Source of the DNA: Andalucia godoyi And28
Taxonomy: Eukaryota > Protista > Jakobida
DNA: 64,000 nt
Assembly: GCA_009859145.1 (NCBI GenBank)
Contig: VRVR01000020.1
Span: 62,001 to 126,000 of the forward strand
Reading direction: 5' to 3'
In this document: positions 63,716-64,000 of the stretch, in pieces
Layout: every line of letters starts with the position of its first letter
Numbering within the stretch: position 1 is the first letter of the stretch
The notes under the pieces: model-generated
What the model was told of the DNA's origin: nothing
The model's database searches: none
What the model saw: the letters and a program-made list of their open reading frames with translations, nothing else
Translations under genes and position numbers: made by a program

Positions 63716-63920
63716 CCGCTGAATAATAACACGTCATTGTCATGCATACGGAAAAGTATCCATAAACAGACACGGTCGATACTGGCCGACACTAGCACGT
63801 TTTGTTTCACAGGGAATTCGTGCTTACGCACGCTCGGCCAAAATTCAGCCGGTGGCACAGGCTCCGCATTTTCGACACGATTTAAGGCAGCATCCGTAGC
63901 CATCTATTCTATCATTCGTT
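63716..63920. repeat. Dispersed repeat family B, copy 2; overlaps the 5' end of the minus-strand ORF 63388-63903 (MATDAALNRVENAEP...)
   Basis: Homologous to 8307-8445 plus a 66-bp internal segment. Confidence 0.85.
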
Positions 63921-64000
63921 GGTTTGGTTTTTTGGTTTCACTTTTTGCAACGTTTGTTCCATAAGGCGACCGAGTATCGCGAGCGCCATGTTGCCATCGT

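Overview
Gene-dense, intron-poor eukaryotic nuclear DNA from a flagellated protist (dynein regulatory complex subunit DRC10/IQCD present; standard genetic code; five short introns resolved by hand, all with GTATGY donors). A jakobid such as Andalucia is my guess from genome style plus the NusG finding below; it cannot be confirmed from the sequence alone. Recognisable genes: pentameric ligand-gated channel (partial), acylphosphatase, SF3B2, N6AMT1/HemK2, HP1-like chromo + chromoshadow protein with an adjacent chromoshadow-only gene, Eps15-like EH protein, NAD-IDH, DRC10, LRR-CYLD-like deubiquitinase, SerRS, RPB9, multi-TM PAS adenylyl cyclase, EEP hydrolase, PEN-2, DCC1, TRAP-alpha, FAM194-like/thioredoxin-like protein, PCIF1/CAPAM, ALDH and an EamA transporter. 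Most interesting: (1) a nucleus-encoded bacterial NusG NGN domain behind a mitochondrial-type presequence (48257-48925); (2) two paralogous low-complexity proteins sharing an unrecognised ~100-aa C-terminal domain; (3) a 379-bp element present twice at 2 mismatches with nested hairpins (candidate ncRNA); (4) a PCIF1 with HPPY instead of NPPF. No tRNA, rRNA, CRISPR or transposase was recognised.
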